Part shown: positions 40,267 through 49,725 of the stretch, in pieces | Layout of the letters: each line of letters begins with the position of its first letter | How positions within the stretch are numbered: the first letter of the stretch is position 1 | Origin: Clostridiaceae bacterium | Lineage (GTDB): Bacteria > Bacillota > Clostridia > Saccharofermentanales > DTU023 | Direction: 5' to 3' | Length of the DNA: 64,000 nt | Assembly: GCA_012521015.1 (NCBI GenBank) | Contig: JAAYNE010000036.1 | Location: 4,247 to 68,246 of the forward strand | Notes under the pieces: generated by a model | Told to the model about the DNA's origin: nothing | The model's input: only the letters and a program-made list of their open reading frames with translations | The model's database searches: none | Program-made: the position numbers and the translations under genes

Positions 40267-40719
40267 AATGTTTCCTTTCTCTAATTAAGCCTAAAATATT
40301 TTAATAATATAACAAAATGATATATCTAAAATTCGATTAGAAATATCGAAAATCACCTTAGCCTAATTTACCAAAAAAAAGTTATGAATACAAACATACA
40401 GGGTAATTATTGCGAAATCATTGATTAGAACTATTATAAAACATTAAACGTTTATAGGAATTATTGTTATTATGCTAAAAATCGTACCTGTACTTGTTAA
40501 GAAAATTACAATAGATTAGAATAATACCAGTATAAAAGTGCTGAATGTGCAAATGGCTTTATTTGTTTATCTTATGATACAAAAATTATTTTAAATATAC
40601 ACTAAAAACAGAATATGAACCATTATAAGAGCATAAAGTAAAAAGAACAACATTAACTAATAAGAAGGATTAAATGGAAACAAAATAACTAAATACAAAT
40701 GTCAACGGAGGTATATGAA

Positions 40720-41910
40720 ATGGAAACAAAAAATATGAAAAGAATAGCGATTGAAAAACATCTCGAATGGGGCGGCAAAATTGAAGTTATAGGCAAAGCG
40801 CCGGTTGGAACAAGCGAGGAGTTATCGATTGCTTATACACCGGGTGTTGCAGAACCTTGTTTAGAGATTGCTGCAGATGTAAATAAATCATATATTTATA
40901 CAAGACGCCACAATCTTTGCCTTGTTGTAACAGACGGTTCGGCTGTTTTAGGTTTAGGCGATATTGGACCTGAAGCCGGAATGCCGGTTATGGAAGGCAA
41001 ATGTGCTTTATTCAAAGCTTTTGGCGATGTTGATGCATTTCCGCTCTGCATAAAATCGCAAGATGTTGATGTGATTGTTGATACAATCTATAATATTTCC
41101 GGCAGTTTCGGTGGAGTTAATTTGGAAGATATTGCAGCGCCTCGTTGTTTTGAAATTGAAGCAAAACTCAAAGAAAAATGCGATATTCCAATCTTCCATG
41201 ATGACCAACACGGTACAGCGGTTGTAACATTAGCCGGTTTGTTCAATGCTTTAGAAGTCGTTAAAAAAGATATTTCTGATGTGAAAATAGTTATGAATGG
41301 AGCAGGCGCTGCTTCCATAGCAATTACCAAACTTCTGATTTCTGCGGGAGCCAAAGGAGAAAATGTTTTAATGTGCGACAGCCGCGGCATTATTTATGCC
41401 GGACGCCCTGAAGGAATGAATAAATATAAAGATGAATTAAGTGAAATCATCAATTTAGAACATAAATCAGGTACATTAGCAGATGCTTTGATCGGTGCGG
41501 ATGTTTTTGTCGGAGTTTCAGCCCCTGGAACGGTAACTACTGAAATGGTAGCAACTATGGCTGATGATGCAATCGTATTTGCATGTGCCAATCCGACACC
41601 TGAAATTTTCCCGGATGAAGCAAAAGCGGGTGGTGCCAGAGTTGTAGCAACCGGTCGTTCCGACTTCCCGAATCAAATTAATAACGTGTTGGCTTTTCCG
41701 GGTATTTTCCGTGGAGCTTTCGATGTTCGTGCTTCGGACATTAATCAAGAGATGAACGTTGCGGCAGCACACGCAATTGCCGATCTTGTTTCTGCTGCGG
41801 ACTTAAGTGAAGAAAATATCATGCCGCATGCGTTTGATGAAAGAGTTGCACCTGCAGTTTCGAAAGCTGTTGCGGAAGCAGCACGTAAAACCGGTGTAGC
41901 TAGAATTTGA
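40720..41910 (+). CDS. NAD(P)-dependent malic enzyme (short bacterial form)
   Basis: I prefer the ATG at 40720, which has GGAGG 8 nt upstream. Motifs seen: AYTPGVAEPC, VVTDGSAVLGLGDIGP, FHDDQHGTA, NGAGAAS. Confidence 0.9.
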   Translation: METKNMKRIAIEKHLEWGGKIEVIGKAPVGTSEELSIAYTPGVAEPCLEIAADVNKSYIYTRRHNLCLVVTDGSAVLGLGDIGPEAGMPVMEGKCALFKAFGDVDAFPLCIKSQDVDVIVDTIYNISGSFGGVNLEDIAAPRCFEIEAKLKEKCDIPIFHDDQHGTAVVTLAGLFNALEVVKKDISDVKIVMNGAGAASIAITKLLISAGAKGENVLMCDSRGIIYAGRPEGMNKYKDELSEIINLEHKSGTLADALIGADVFVGVSAPGTVTTEMVATMADDAIVFACANPTPEIFPDEAKAGGARVVATGRSDFPNQINNVLAFPGIFRGAFDVRASDINQEMNVAAAHAIADLVSAADLSEENIMPHAFDERVAPAVSKAVAEAARKTGVARI

Positions 41911-42072
41911 TTCAAATGTTGCTATAATCGAATTAAGTGTTATCGGAATCTGATTTAGGAAAAATCAATCAACAAGGGAGTGTTTTGGATAAAATACTCC
42001 TTTTTTATACTAAATCTTTAAACTTAACTATACTTTTTTAAATATTCCCCATGATTTAGGTGGGATATTTAA

Positions 42073-43476
42073 TTAATTTTTCAAATCGGCGACTTCGCCG
42101 AGATCAGGCAACCAAATATTGGAGGCATCAATGAAGACATCGGGGTTTTCCTCGCGAGCAGTAATTTGACCGGCAATGGTGGCGGGGATAGTACCGTCAA
42201 GTTGACCGCGGATGCTTTCAGCTCGTAAAAGACAAAAGTCGGTAAATGTTTGAACACCGATTTTAAAATCTTCAAAAGAACAAAAAGCAGTCGGATCCTT
42301 TTTGACATAAGGTGCGATCATGGCAATTGTTTCAGTAACTTTCAGTGAGAAATAGCCTGATTCAAAATATTCGCGGATCAGATAGTCGAAGTTTTCTTTA
42401 TATTGGGCAAAATATTCCGGATTTTTCATCATGTTATGATACAGAGGACGCTTGAACATTATTTCACCGGCAGCCGGCGTAACAATCGGATGATTAATGT
42501 AGAGTTCGGCATCGTTGATCGGTTCCGGCATACCGAGCGAATAAGTTCCGAAAGCCAAATTGTAATCCCACGGTAGCATGCTGATAATTCCGTCTTCTTC
42601 GTAGAGAAAATAGTTGTGTCCGTTTTTACCTAAATAACCGTCTAAATTTACGACAAAAACCTGTACCGGAAAGAATTTTAAGACAGAATCAATATTGACC
42701 GCATCAGACAAATTTTCTCCGATGGATAAAATCTGCAGGGCCCGAATTAAATTCTTTTTGTCCTGTTCGGTCGGATCAAATTTTGCCTTGCGAAAAATAT
42801 TGTCATAACTTGCCGGATTATCGTCAATATATCTTAAAGCCACATCGGCATTTTCGGCATTAATATTTTTATAGTCCGGCTTATAGAGTTGACCATGATT
42901 GACACCGAAATTTCTTCGGGCAAAAGCTTGTTCCGGCTCTTCAATTGCTAAATAAAGTCCCCAATCCTGATCGTTAATGGTCAACCAAACATAGCTGGTC
43001 AGGGGGGAAGGGACACCCATAAACGCCATCATATCGTAGGTTATGAAAGATTTTAAGTAACTGTTATCCTGAAAAGAAGAATCTAAAGAAAATTTATCCA
43101 ATCCGTAATAACTGTTGGCTGTATAATGGTCAAATTCAATTTTGAAACTATAACGTTCGGATCCGTATTTATGGGTTAAGCGCAATGAATTGTTGCCTTT
43201 TGCCCTGAATCCGACATTATCAAAACGCTCACCGTCAATTTCAATATCCGCATGTTTATAGAGCTCTGCTCGAGGGTCTGCGAGGATTTCATCCCATTGT
43301 TCAGAATAAATTTTTATTTCATGAACACGGCTATCATCAAATAAGCGATTTTCATACCCGGGGTTTTGTCCGGCAGGCAGAATATCCAGATTTCCATTCA
43401 TGAATAGAATTGTAAATAGGAAAGCAAGAATCATAATAACAATGATTATTTTGTCGATGTGTTTGTGTTTTAACAT
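42073..43476 (-). CDS. CotH-family kinase-like protein with N-terminal membrane anchor
   Basis: TM anchor IIIVIMILAFLFTILF. The CotH-like body includes YSFKIEFDHY, LDKFSLDSSFQDNSYLK and LYKPDY. Confidence 0.8.
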   Translation of the reverse strand: MLKHKHIDKIIIVIMILAFLFTILFMNGNLDILPAGQNPGYENRLFDDSRVHEIKIYSEQWDEILADPRAELYKHADIEIDGERFDNVGFRAKGNNSLRLTHKYGSERYSFKIEFDHYTANSYYGLDKFSLDSSFQDNSYLKSFITYDMMAFMGVPSPLTSYVWLTINDQDWGLYLAIEEPEQAFARRNFGVNHGQLYKPDYKNINAENADVALRYIDDNPASYDNIFRKAKFDPTEQDKKNLIRALQILSIGENLSDAVNIDSVLKFFPVQVFVVNLDGYLGKNGHNYFLYEEDGIISMLPWDYNLAFGTYSLGMPEPINDAELYINHPIVTPAAGEIMFKRPLYHNMMKNPEYFAQYKENFDYLIREYFESGYFSLKVTETIAMIAPYVKKDPTAFCSFEDFKIGVQTFTDFCLLRAESIRGQLDGTIPATIAGQITAREENPDVFIDASNIWLPDLGEVADLKN

Positions 43477-43552
43477 TTTTACCAGGCAGTTGCTTTATTT
43501 TAATTTTTACAAATTTTGTTGTACTAACGCAGTAATATTTGTTTCAACCTGA

Positions 43553-44236
43553 TTAATTCATATAATCGCCGTTGTAAGAAACCATCACTGTATGATTGAC
43601 ACCTTTAATCGCAGCTAATTCATTAATAAATGAGCTGTCGGCAGATTTTAACCTAACCTCGTAATTCAGCTCGATCTGTTCGGGCATGATAGTTTTACTC
43701 TTTAAAGAAAATCGTTTGACTGAACTGTTGATATGGCTGAGAATTTCTTTTTCGACATCTTCATCAATGCAGTGTACAACCAGTATATATGGTTGTTCGT
43801 GAGTTTTTGTGTTGGCAAAAATCAGCATAATTATTCCAATGAAAAAACTGCCGAATAATGCAAGAGGAATTAAGCCAGCAGCAAGTACAATACCGACAGC
43901 AATACTCCAAAACAAAAAAGCGATGTCGGAAGGTTCTTTAATTGCTGTACGGAAACGCACGATTGAAAGTGCGCCGACCATACCAAGTGATAGAACGATA
44001 TTGCTGGTTACTGCCAAAATCAAGAGTGCGGTAATCATGCTGAGAGCGATCAAGGTAATTCCGAAACTGGCAGAGTACATTACACCGGAATATGTTTTTT
44101 TATAAATAAAAAAGATGAATATACCAAGCACGAATGAGAGTAACAATGTAATCAGCATATCAATGAGCGGAACTGCATTAATATTTTCTAAAAAACTAGA
44201 TTTAAAAATGTCCTGAAAAGTAATTGTCATATACAT
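43553..44236 (-). CDS. DUF4956 family membrane protein
   Basis: The N-terminal part is polytopic, with LSIVRFRTAIKEPSDIAFLFWSIAVG. A soluble C-terminal domain follows. Confidence 0.75.
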   Translation of the reverse strand: MYMTITFQDIFKSSFLENINAVPLIDMLITLLLSFVLGIFIFFIYKKTYSGVMYSASFGITLIALSMITALLILAVTSNIVLSLGMVGALSIVRFRTAIKEPSDIAFLFWSIAVGIVLAAGLIPLALFGSFFIGIIMLIFANTKTHEQPYILVVHCIDEDVEKEILSHINSSVKRFSLKSKTIMPEQIELNYEVRLKSADSSFINELAAIKGVNHTVMVSYNGDYMN

Positions 44237-44327
44237 GAAACTATCTCCTATTTATTAATTTATTTATTTGTTAGATTTTATCCTGCAATGTAAAATTATA
44301 TAATACTGTTTCCTGTTTATTTAATTA

Positions 44328-45020
44328 TTAATCGTATTTTCTACTCACAATATACTTGGAGTAAGCTGTGAGCGGGCGATTATCCAAGCAGACTGCCATC
44401 TTTACGAGATCAGGTAGAAATTCATCATATTTTATTTCCAAAACCGCAAGTCCATCTGAAACATTGATATGTTTATTTATTTGCATAAAAACATCGATTT
44501 TGGTTGTTGTTCTTAAGTTTCGATCTATTGTAATTCTGACATTTCCGGGGTGATAAATAAACGCCTCTCGGTCATAAGTCACGATAGTTTTCGGTTTTAA
44601 TAATTGTCCTCTTAACTTGGAATAAAATTCAATTGCCAAGGCATCATCTTTTTGTAAAAGAAAATTAATTTCTCCGTCGAGAATTTTTTGAACGTCGGTT
44701 TTAGACAAAAGTGCAGTTTGTTTTGCACATCTGCCGTTGATTTTTATTTTGCGTTCTAAACGGATAAAAGACAAATCATTGTTGTAATAGCGGATACGAA
44801 ATTTTTCTCGTTGATTTATCCCGGACATATTTTGCATTAAAGCTTTATCAGAAGGGGTGTCAAAATATAAACTACTCACACGGTAATTACCGTGTGAGTC
44901 AGAATTTTTGTCGTACCGGAAAAACTTTTTCAGTTTTTGGCTTAGGATGAAACCATCTACATAATTGATATTATATTTTTTTTCATTACGTAGTTTTAGA
45001 ATTTCTTTTTTCTTAATCAT
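44328..45020 (-). CDS. VTC-domain (polyphosphate-polymerase-like tunnel domain) protein
   Basis: Motifs seen: YRVSSLYFDT, REKFRIRYY, LERKIK, VLEIKYDEFLP. This is the typical spacing of basic residues on a tunnel fold. Confidence 0.75.
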   Translation of the reverse strand: MIKKKEILKLRNEKKYNINYVDGFILSQKLKKFFRYDKNSDSHGNYRVSSLYFDTPSDKALMQNMSGINQREKFRIRYYNNDLSFIRLERKIKINGRCAKQTALLSKTDVQKILDGEINFLLQKDDALAIEFYSKLRGQLLKPKTIVTYDREAFIYHPGNVRITIDRNLRTTTKIDVFMQINKHINVSDGLAVLEIKYDEFLPDLVKMAVCLDNRPLTAYSKYIVSRKYD

Positions 45021-45113
45021 ATAAACAAAATTTCCGGAGTATTTAAAATAGTTCTTGTTTGTTTTTGTTCTGTGATCGATTTTTTATTCGGATAGTGATT
45101 ATTAATTATAATT

Positions 45114-46064
45114 CTAGTCATCATATTCTGAGTCATTATACTCTGAGTCGTCATAGTTTGAGTCATCATAGTCAGTATCATCTGCTGTCGGTGCAGCTGT
45201 TGGGGCTGCAGTCGGAGCATAATCGGTTTCATCATAGTCAGTGTCATCTACTGTTGGAGCAGCAGTTGGAGCAGCTGTTGGGGCTGCAGTCGGAGCATAA
45301 TCGGTTTCATCATAATCAGTGTCATCTACTGTTGGAGCAGTAGTCGGAGCAGCTGTTGGGGCTGCAGTCGGGGCTGCTGTCGGATCTGCTGTTGTTACGT
45401 TATCGGTGTCACCATGGTCCGTCTTATCTTTAGTAGTTGGTACGGTAATGTCTATAGAGTTACTGTCTTCTTTATTTTCTTTATTTTCTATACTATTATT
45501 ATTGTCTTTACTTTTGTCTTTTTCGTTATTATTGTCTTTACTCTTGTCTTTTTCGTTATTATTGTCGTTATTATTGTCTTTATTATTGTCTTTACTATCA
45601 GTACCGAGTTCTACATCAACATTTAATTTGTCAACTTTTTCTTCAACTGCTTTTCCAATATTAGCAATAAAATCTTCGCTTGGTAAGAAAGAACCCTCTT
45701 TTAATTCTAAAGTTATGGTTTTTCCTGTGCCTTTAGCATCTTCTATAAAATATCCGGCATTATTGATTTTATCAACTAATTCTTGAAGAACGACCGTTGA
45801 ATCTTTGCCAATATAGTTATCATAATCTTTTACAATTTTTGTACCATCTTGGTTTGAACCACGTACATCGGTTACCTTACCGTCTTTATCGTATTCGATT
45901 TCGATTTGCGGATTTACAGAAAGTACGATAACACCTCTTTCAGCATCCATTTTTTCCATTTTGGTATCTGATTGAGGATTTGATTTTGCTTTACCTGCAC
46001 AACTTGTGAGGAAAAGTGCCAATACCAGTGAAAATATTGCTAACAAGCTTAATTTTTTGTTCAT
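45114..46064 (-). CDS. Lipoprotein with a highly acidic, repeat-rich C-terminal tail
   Basis: Signal peptide plus lipobox (LFLTSC). The folded N-terminal domain is followed by DNNNEKDKSK repeats. APTAAPTAAPT..DDTDYDETDY repeats come next. Confidence 0.8.
   Translation of the reverse strand: MNKKLSLLAIFSLVLALFLTSCAGKAKSNPQSDTKMEKMDAERGVIVLSVNPQIEIEYDKDGKVTDVRGSNQDGTKIVKDYDNYIGKDSTVVLQELVDKINNAGYFIEDAKGTGKTITLELKEGSFLPSEDFIANIGKAVEEKVDKLNVDVELGTDSKDNNKDNNNDNNNEKDKSKDNNNEKDKSKDNNNSIENKENKEDSNSIDITVPTTKDKTDHGDTDNVTTADPTAAPTAAPTAAPTTAPTVDDTDYDETDYAPTAAPTAAPTAAPTVDDTDYDETDYAPTAAPTAAPTADDTDYDDSNYDDSEYNDSEYDD
45168..45386. repeat. In-frame 78-bp tandem repeats (about 2.8 copies) inside the lipoprotein gene
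   Basis: The string GCAGCTGTTGGGGCTGCAGTCGGAGCATAATCGGTTTCATCAT recurs at 45193 and 45271; at 45349 only its first ~20 nt recur before divergence. A separate 30-bp repeat (2 copies) lies at 45501-45560. Confidence 0.85.
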
Positions 46065-46182
46065 TTTTTATTCTCCTTATATTTTGAATTAATTTTTTAG
46101 ACCATTGTTTTTGGTCTATAGTGATAGATTGCGCAAGTAATTAATTAAAATCGGGGTCGTATTAAAAATATTTTGAGTTTTT

Positions 46183-46230
46183 AGAAAAAAAAAGGACTAT
46201 TTCAAAATTTTACTCCTTTTGAAACAGTCC
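46183..46230 (-). terminator. Intrinsic terminator downstream of tRNA-Arg
   Basis: On the minus strand: GGACTGTTTCAAAA-loop-TTTTGAAATAGTCC, followed by a T-run (T9). Confidence 0.7.
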
Positions 46231-46240
46231 ATCCGTAATA

Positions 46241-46317
<77 letters not shown>

Positions 46318-46335
46318 TCTTTTAATTGCTTTGCA

Positions 46336-46364
46336 ATTGTAGGCAATTACAATAAATCTGTCAA
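46336..46364 (-). promoter_or_regulatory. Promoter of tRNA-Arg
   Basis: On the minus strand: TTGACA (46359-46364), a 17-nt spacer, then TACAAT (46336-46341). It lies about 19 nt upstream of the tRNA 5' end. Confidence 0.7.
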
Positions 46365-46572
46365 GCAATTTATTTGAATTAAAATCTTGTAGTAAATCCA
46401 GCTTAAACTGAAATTCAAATTTGTGATAAGTTTACTCTCTTACCGAACTGATATTGCACATTTTTTATACTTATTCATGAATCTATTAATATGAGTTTTC
46501 TATCATTGATAAATTTTTTATCACAAAGATCATTATATTTTTTGTATAATAAATTCATTAAGGAGGAATCCA

Positions 46573-46947
46573 ATGACTAACAAATTACCGCACGATCACG
46601 GAAAACATACAGAAAAGATTTTGGCTCTGATGCCGTCTGAAGAGAAATTTATTGAAGCTGCCGATTTATTTAAACAACTTAATGACAGTACTCGTTTAAG
46701 AATTTTGTGGATTCTTTGTCATACGGAAGAATGTGGTATTAATATTGCATCTGCTGTTGATATGAGTCCCGCTGCTGTAGCACATCATTTAAGAAGTCTG
46801 AAACTTTACGGTTTAATTACCAGTCGTCGTGATGGTAAAGAGGTTTATTATAAATTGGCAGAAACCGATTTGGCGAATTTAATGCATCAAATGATTGACA
46901 GTTATTTCAATATGGTTTGTCCTGGTAAACACCATTATCATGAGTAA
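46573..46947 (+). CDS. ArsR/SmtB-family metal-responsive repressor
   Basis: Winged-HTH strings are RLRILWILCHTEECGINIASAV and VAHHLRSLKLYGLI. The C-terminus is Cys/His-rich (CPGKHHYHE). AAGGAGG lies upstream. Confidence 0.85.
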   Translation: MTNKLPHDHGKHTEKILALMPSEEKFIEAADLFKQLNDSTRLRILWILCHTEECGINIASAVDMSPAAVAHHLRSLKLYGLITSRRDGKEVYYKLAETDLANLMHQMIDSYFNMVCPGKHHYHE

Positions 46948-46973
46948 CTGTTTTGGTTTTTCCCAGATAACAT

Positions 46974-47031
46974 AAAGCCTCCGGAGTCCTGCATGTGCAA
47001 AAGTGAAGGGTAAGAACTCCGGAGGTTTTTG
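46974..47031. terminator. Bidirectional intrinsic terminator between the arsR-family gene and the ATPase gene
   Basis: The stem is AAGCCTCCGGAGT / ACTCCGGAGG, followed by TTTTT. Confidence 0.75.
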
Positions 47032-47064
47032 AATTAAGAAGAGATGATATTTCTTAATAAAATT

Positions 47065-49008
47065 CTAAGTATGTTTTAGTGGAAGCCCGGGATTCAGAGC
47101 ACGCATTGCATTAAATACTGCAATAATCGTGACCCCCACGTCGCCAAAAACGGCCAGCCACATGTTGGCAATTCCCAATACTGCTAAAATCAGAATTGCG
47201 AATTTGACCCCTAAGGCAAAAATGATGTTTTGTTTGACAATGCGGAATGTTTTGCGACCGATTAGAATTGCTTCAGCTATTTTAGAAGGCTGATCATTCA
47301 TAATTACCACATCGGCAGCTTCAATTGCCGCATCTGAACCCATACCTCCCATAGCGATACCGATATCTGCTCTTGCTAAAACAGGTGCATCATTAATTCC
47401 GTCTCCGACATAAGCGACTAATTCATTGGTGTTATTTTTTTCAGTTAAAGCTTTTTCTAAATGTTCAACTTTATCTGCCGGCAAAAGTTCAGCCTGATAA
47501 TTATCGAGTCCCAATTGCCCGGATATTTTATTCGCTGTTACATCTTGATCTCCGGTAAACATTGAAATTTCCGAAATGCCGATTTGGTGCAAATCTTTGA
47601 TTGCTCGTCTGGTATCCGTTTTCAATTGGTCTTCAATTACAATATATCCGATGTATTTATTATTCAGAGCCACATGGATGATCGTTCCGGATTCATTGTT
47701 ACTTGGAAATTTGATTTTAAATTTTTGCATTAATTTGGTGTTGCCGGATAATACGGTGCTTCCGTCAACTTTGGCAAGAATACCGTGCCCACTGATTTCT
47801 TCTACATTTTCAATTAAATCGGAATCAATCTGTTTGCCATATGCTGCAATAATACCTGATGCAATCGGGTGATTTGAATAATATTCGCTATAAGCAGCAA
47901 TTTCCAATAAAACTTCTTCGGACACTTCACTTGAACTGCATGGACAAATTTGACTGACTGCAAAATTACCTTTGGTCAGAGTTCCGGTTTTGTCAAAAAT
48001 GATTTTTTTAGTTTTTGCTAAATATTCAAGATAGTTGCTGCCTTTGACTAAAATTCCGGCTTTCGAAGCACCGCCGATTCCGCCGAAAAAAGTCAGCGGA
48101 ATCGATACGACTAATGCGCAAGGACAGGAAACAACCAGAAAAATCAAAGATTGTTTCAACCAACTACTGAATGCTTGGTTAAATAAAAAAGGCGGAAAGA
48201 TAGCGATAACCAGAGCAGCCAATACAACAATCGGTGTATAATAGCGGGCAAAAGTTGTGGCAAAAACTTCCGATTCAGCTTTTTGATCGGAAGCATTTTC
48301 AACCAATTCTAAGATTTTGGCAACTGTAGAATCATCATATTCCTTCTCAACTTTGAGCGTAAGTTTTCCCGATAGATTGATACAACCGCTGATTACCTGA
48401 TCACCGGGTAATATATCCCGGGGCAAAGATTCACCGGTTAAAGCAGAGGTGTCAATTGCAGAGCTTCCGGTGAGAACCGTTCCGTCCAGAGGTACACGTT
48501 CCCCCGGCAAGACGATGATTTCATCACCTACACTTACTTCGTAAGGATCAGCTTGAGTTAATTCACCATCAAGCATGATATTTGCATATTCCGGTGTAAT
48601 ATCCATTAAGTCAGCAATCGATTTTCTTGATTTATTGACAGCTTGTCTTTGAAAAAATTCACCGACTTGATAAAACAGCATTACGGCTATTCCTTCCGGA
48701 TATTCACCGATTAGAAATGCACCGATTGTTGCAATGGTCATGAGAAAATTTTCATCGAGTATAGTACCGCCGAAAATATTGCGAATTGCAGTTCGTAGGA
48801 TGTCATAGCCAATAATAAAATAAATGATCAGATAAATTATCAAGAAAAGATAATTTTTTCCATCAAGATTAAAAATAGTCCAGTTATTGCTCCGATCAAC
48901 TGATTTACCATAGTATAAAGGTAAAAGTACAACAAACACAAAAGCCGAGACGAAAATTCGGGTTAATAATATTTTTTCACTTTTGTTTAGATTTTTTATT
49001 ATATTCAT
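47065..49008 (-). CDS. Heavy-metal translocating P1B-type ATPase (Cd/Zn/Co type), lacking a fused N-terminal metal-binding domain
   Basis: Motifs seen: TGES, SCPC (CPC), DKTGTLT, GDGINDAP. There is no Shine-Dalgarno-like sequence before the ATG. Confidence 0.92.
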   Translation of the reverse strand: MNIIKNLNKSEKILLTRIFVSAFVFVVLLPLYYGKSVDRSNNWTIFNLDGKNYLFLIIYLIIYFIIGYDILRTAIRNIFGGTILDENFLMTIATIGAFLIGEYPEGIAVMLFYQVGEFFQRQAVNKSRKSIADLMDITPEYANIMLDGELTQADPYEVSVGDEIIVLPGERVPLDGTVLTGSSAIDTSALTGESLPRDILPGDQVISGCINLSGKLTLKVEKEYDDSTVAKILELVENASDQKAESEVFATTFARYYTPIVVLAALVIAIFPPFLFNQAFSSWLKQSLIFLVVSCPCALVVSIPLTFFGGIGGASKAGILVKGSNYLEYLAKTKKIIFDKTGTLTKGNFAVSQICPCSSSEVSEEVLLEIAAYSEYYSNHPIASGIIAAYGKQIDSDLIENVEEISGHGILAKVDGSTVLSGNTKLMQKFKIKFPSNNESGTIIHVALNNKYIGYIVIEDQLKTDTRRAIKDLHQIGISEISMFTGDQDVTANKISGQLGLDNYQAELLPADKVEHLEKALTEKNNTNELVAYVGDGINDAPVLARADIGIAMGGMGSDAAIEAADVVIMNDQPSKIAEAILIGRKTFRIVKQNIIFALGVKFAILILAVLGIANMWLAVFGDVGVTIIAVFNAMRALNPGLPLKHT

Positions 49009-49139
49009 AACGTTAAATGTTATATAAAACTAAAGCATAATTGCTCTGATAATCAGATAATCTTTTTTACCAAGTTTTAAAATATGTAGTGATTTTCTGC
49101 TTCAACACTGATACTAAAATTTTGCCCACTTTGCAATCC

Positions 49140-49358
49140 TTATTTGATAATTAAAAGATCAGGTTCGTATTTGTTCGCAATGGTTTGAGCTTGATCCAGG
49201 ATTGATACGAATTCTTCTTGATCAGCATCCAGAATCAATTTTTCTGTCATAAAATTCACTCTGACAGAATTGACACCGGCTAACTGTGCAATATCATTTT
49301 CAATTTTAGCTGCGCAATTTGCACAGCCCAGATTTTGTAATTTATATGCTCTTTTCAT
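49140..49358 (-). CDS. Stand-alone heavy-metal-associated (HMA) domain protein
   Basis: I prefer the ATG at 49358 (GGAGG upstream), giving 72 aa. The metal-binding motif GCANCAAKIE is of the type normally found at the N-terminus of Cd/Zn ATPases. Confidence 0.82.
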   Translation of the reverse strand: MKRAYKLQNLGCANCAAKIENDIAQLAGVNSVRVNFMTEKLILDADQEEFVSILDQAQTIANKYEPDLLIIK

Positions 49359-49414
49359 ATGCTCTATACCTCCATACCTGTTTTCGGAAAACCAGAAAGC
49401 AATTTTTAGAAAAC

Positions 49415-49478
49415 AATACAATCAAACAATTAAACAATTGTTTGATTGTATTATAAGCATAAATGCAGATGTTTGCAA
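49415..49478 (-). promoter_or_regulatory. Promoter plus 17-4-17 perfect palindromic operator upstream of the HMA/ATPase genes
   Basis: On the minus strand: TTGCAA (49473-49478), a 17-nt spacer, then TATAAT (49450-49455). The palindrome AATACAATCAAACAATT-AAAC-AATTGTTTGATTGTATT (49415-49452) overlaps the -10 element and the presumed transcription start. Confidence 0.6.
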
Positions 49479-49725
49479 CTTAAAATCTGGATTCTATAAG
49501 CAAGAATAACTCTTGCCTAAAATCTATCAACTGCTATACTTGCTAGTGTTAAACCTATTTTAGAATGAATTAGGACAAATGATTCCGATATAAATTGTAT
49601 TTAGCAAGATAGAATTAAGCTAGTGCGAAAATTAAGAATTCAGCCAGCGCAGCAAAAAAAATTAACCTTATCAGCATAATCGATTGAAAGAAAACGTGGG
49701 AAAATAAGGAGAGAAACAGAAGAAT

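Noticed and set aside
45017-45786. Track ORFs 45017-45247 (-), 45059-45343 (+), 45319-45786 (+) and 45414-45626 (+)
   Set aside because: These are alternative-frame or antisense shadows of the repeat-rich lipoprotein gene. Their products are low-complexity (poly-L/S, Q/M/T-rich) and they have no independent start signals.
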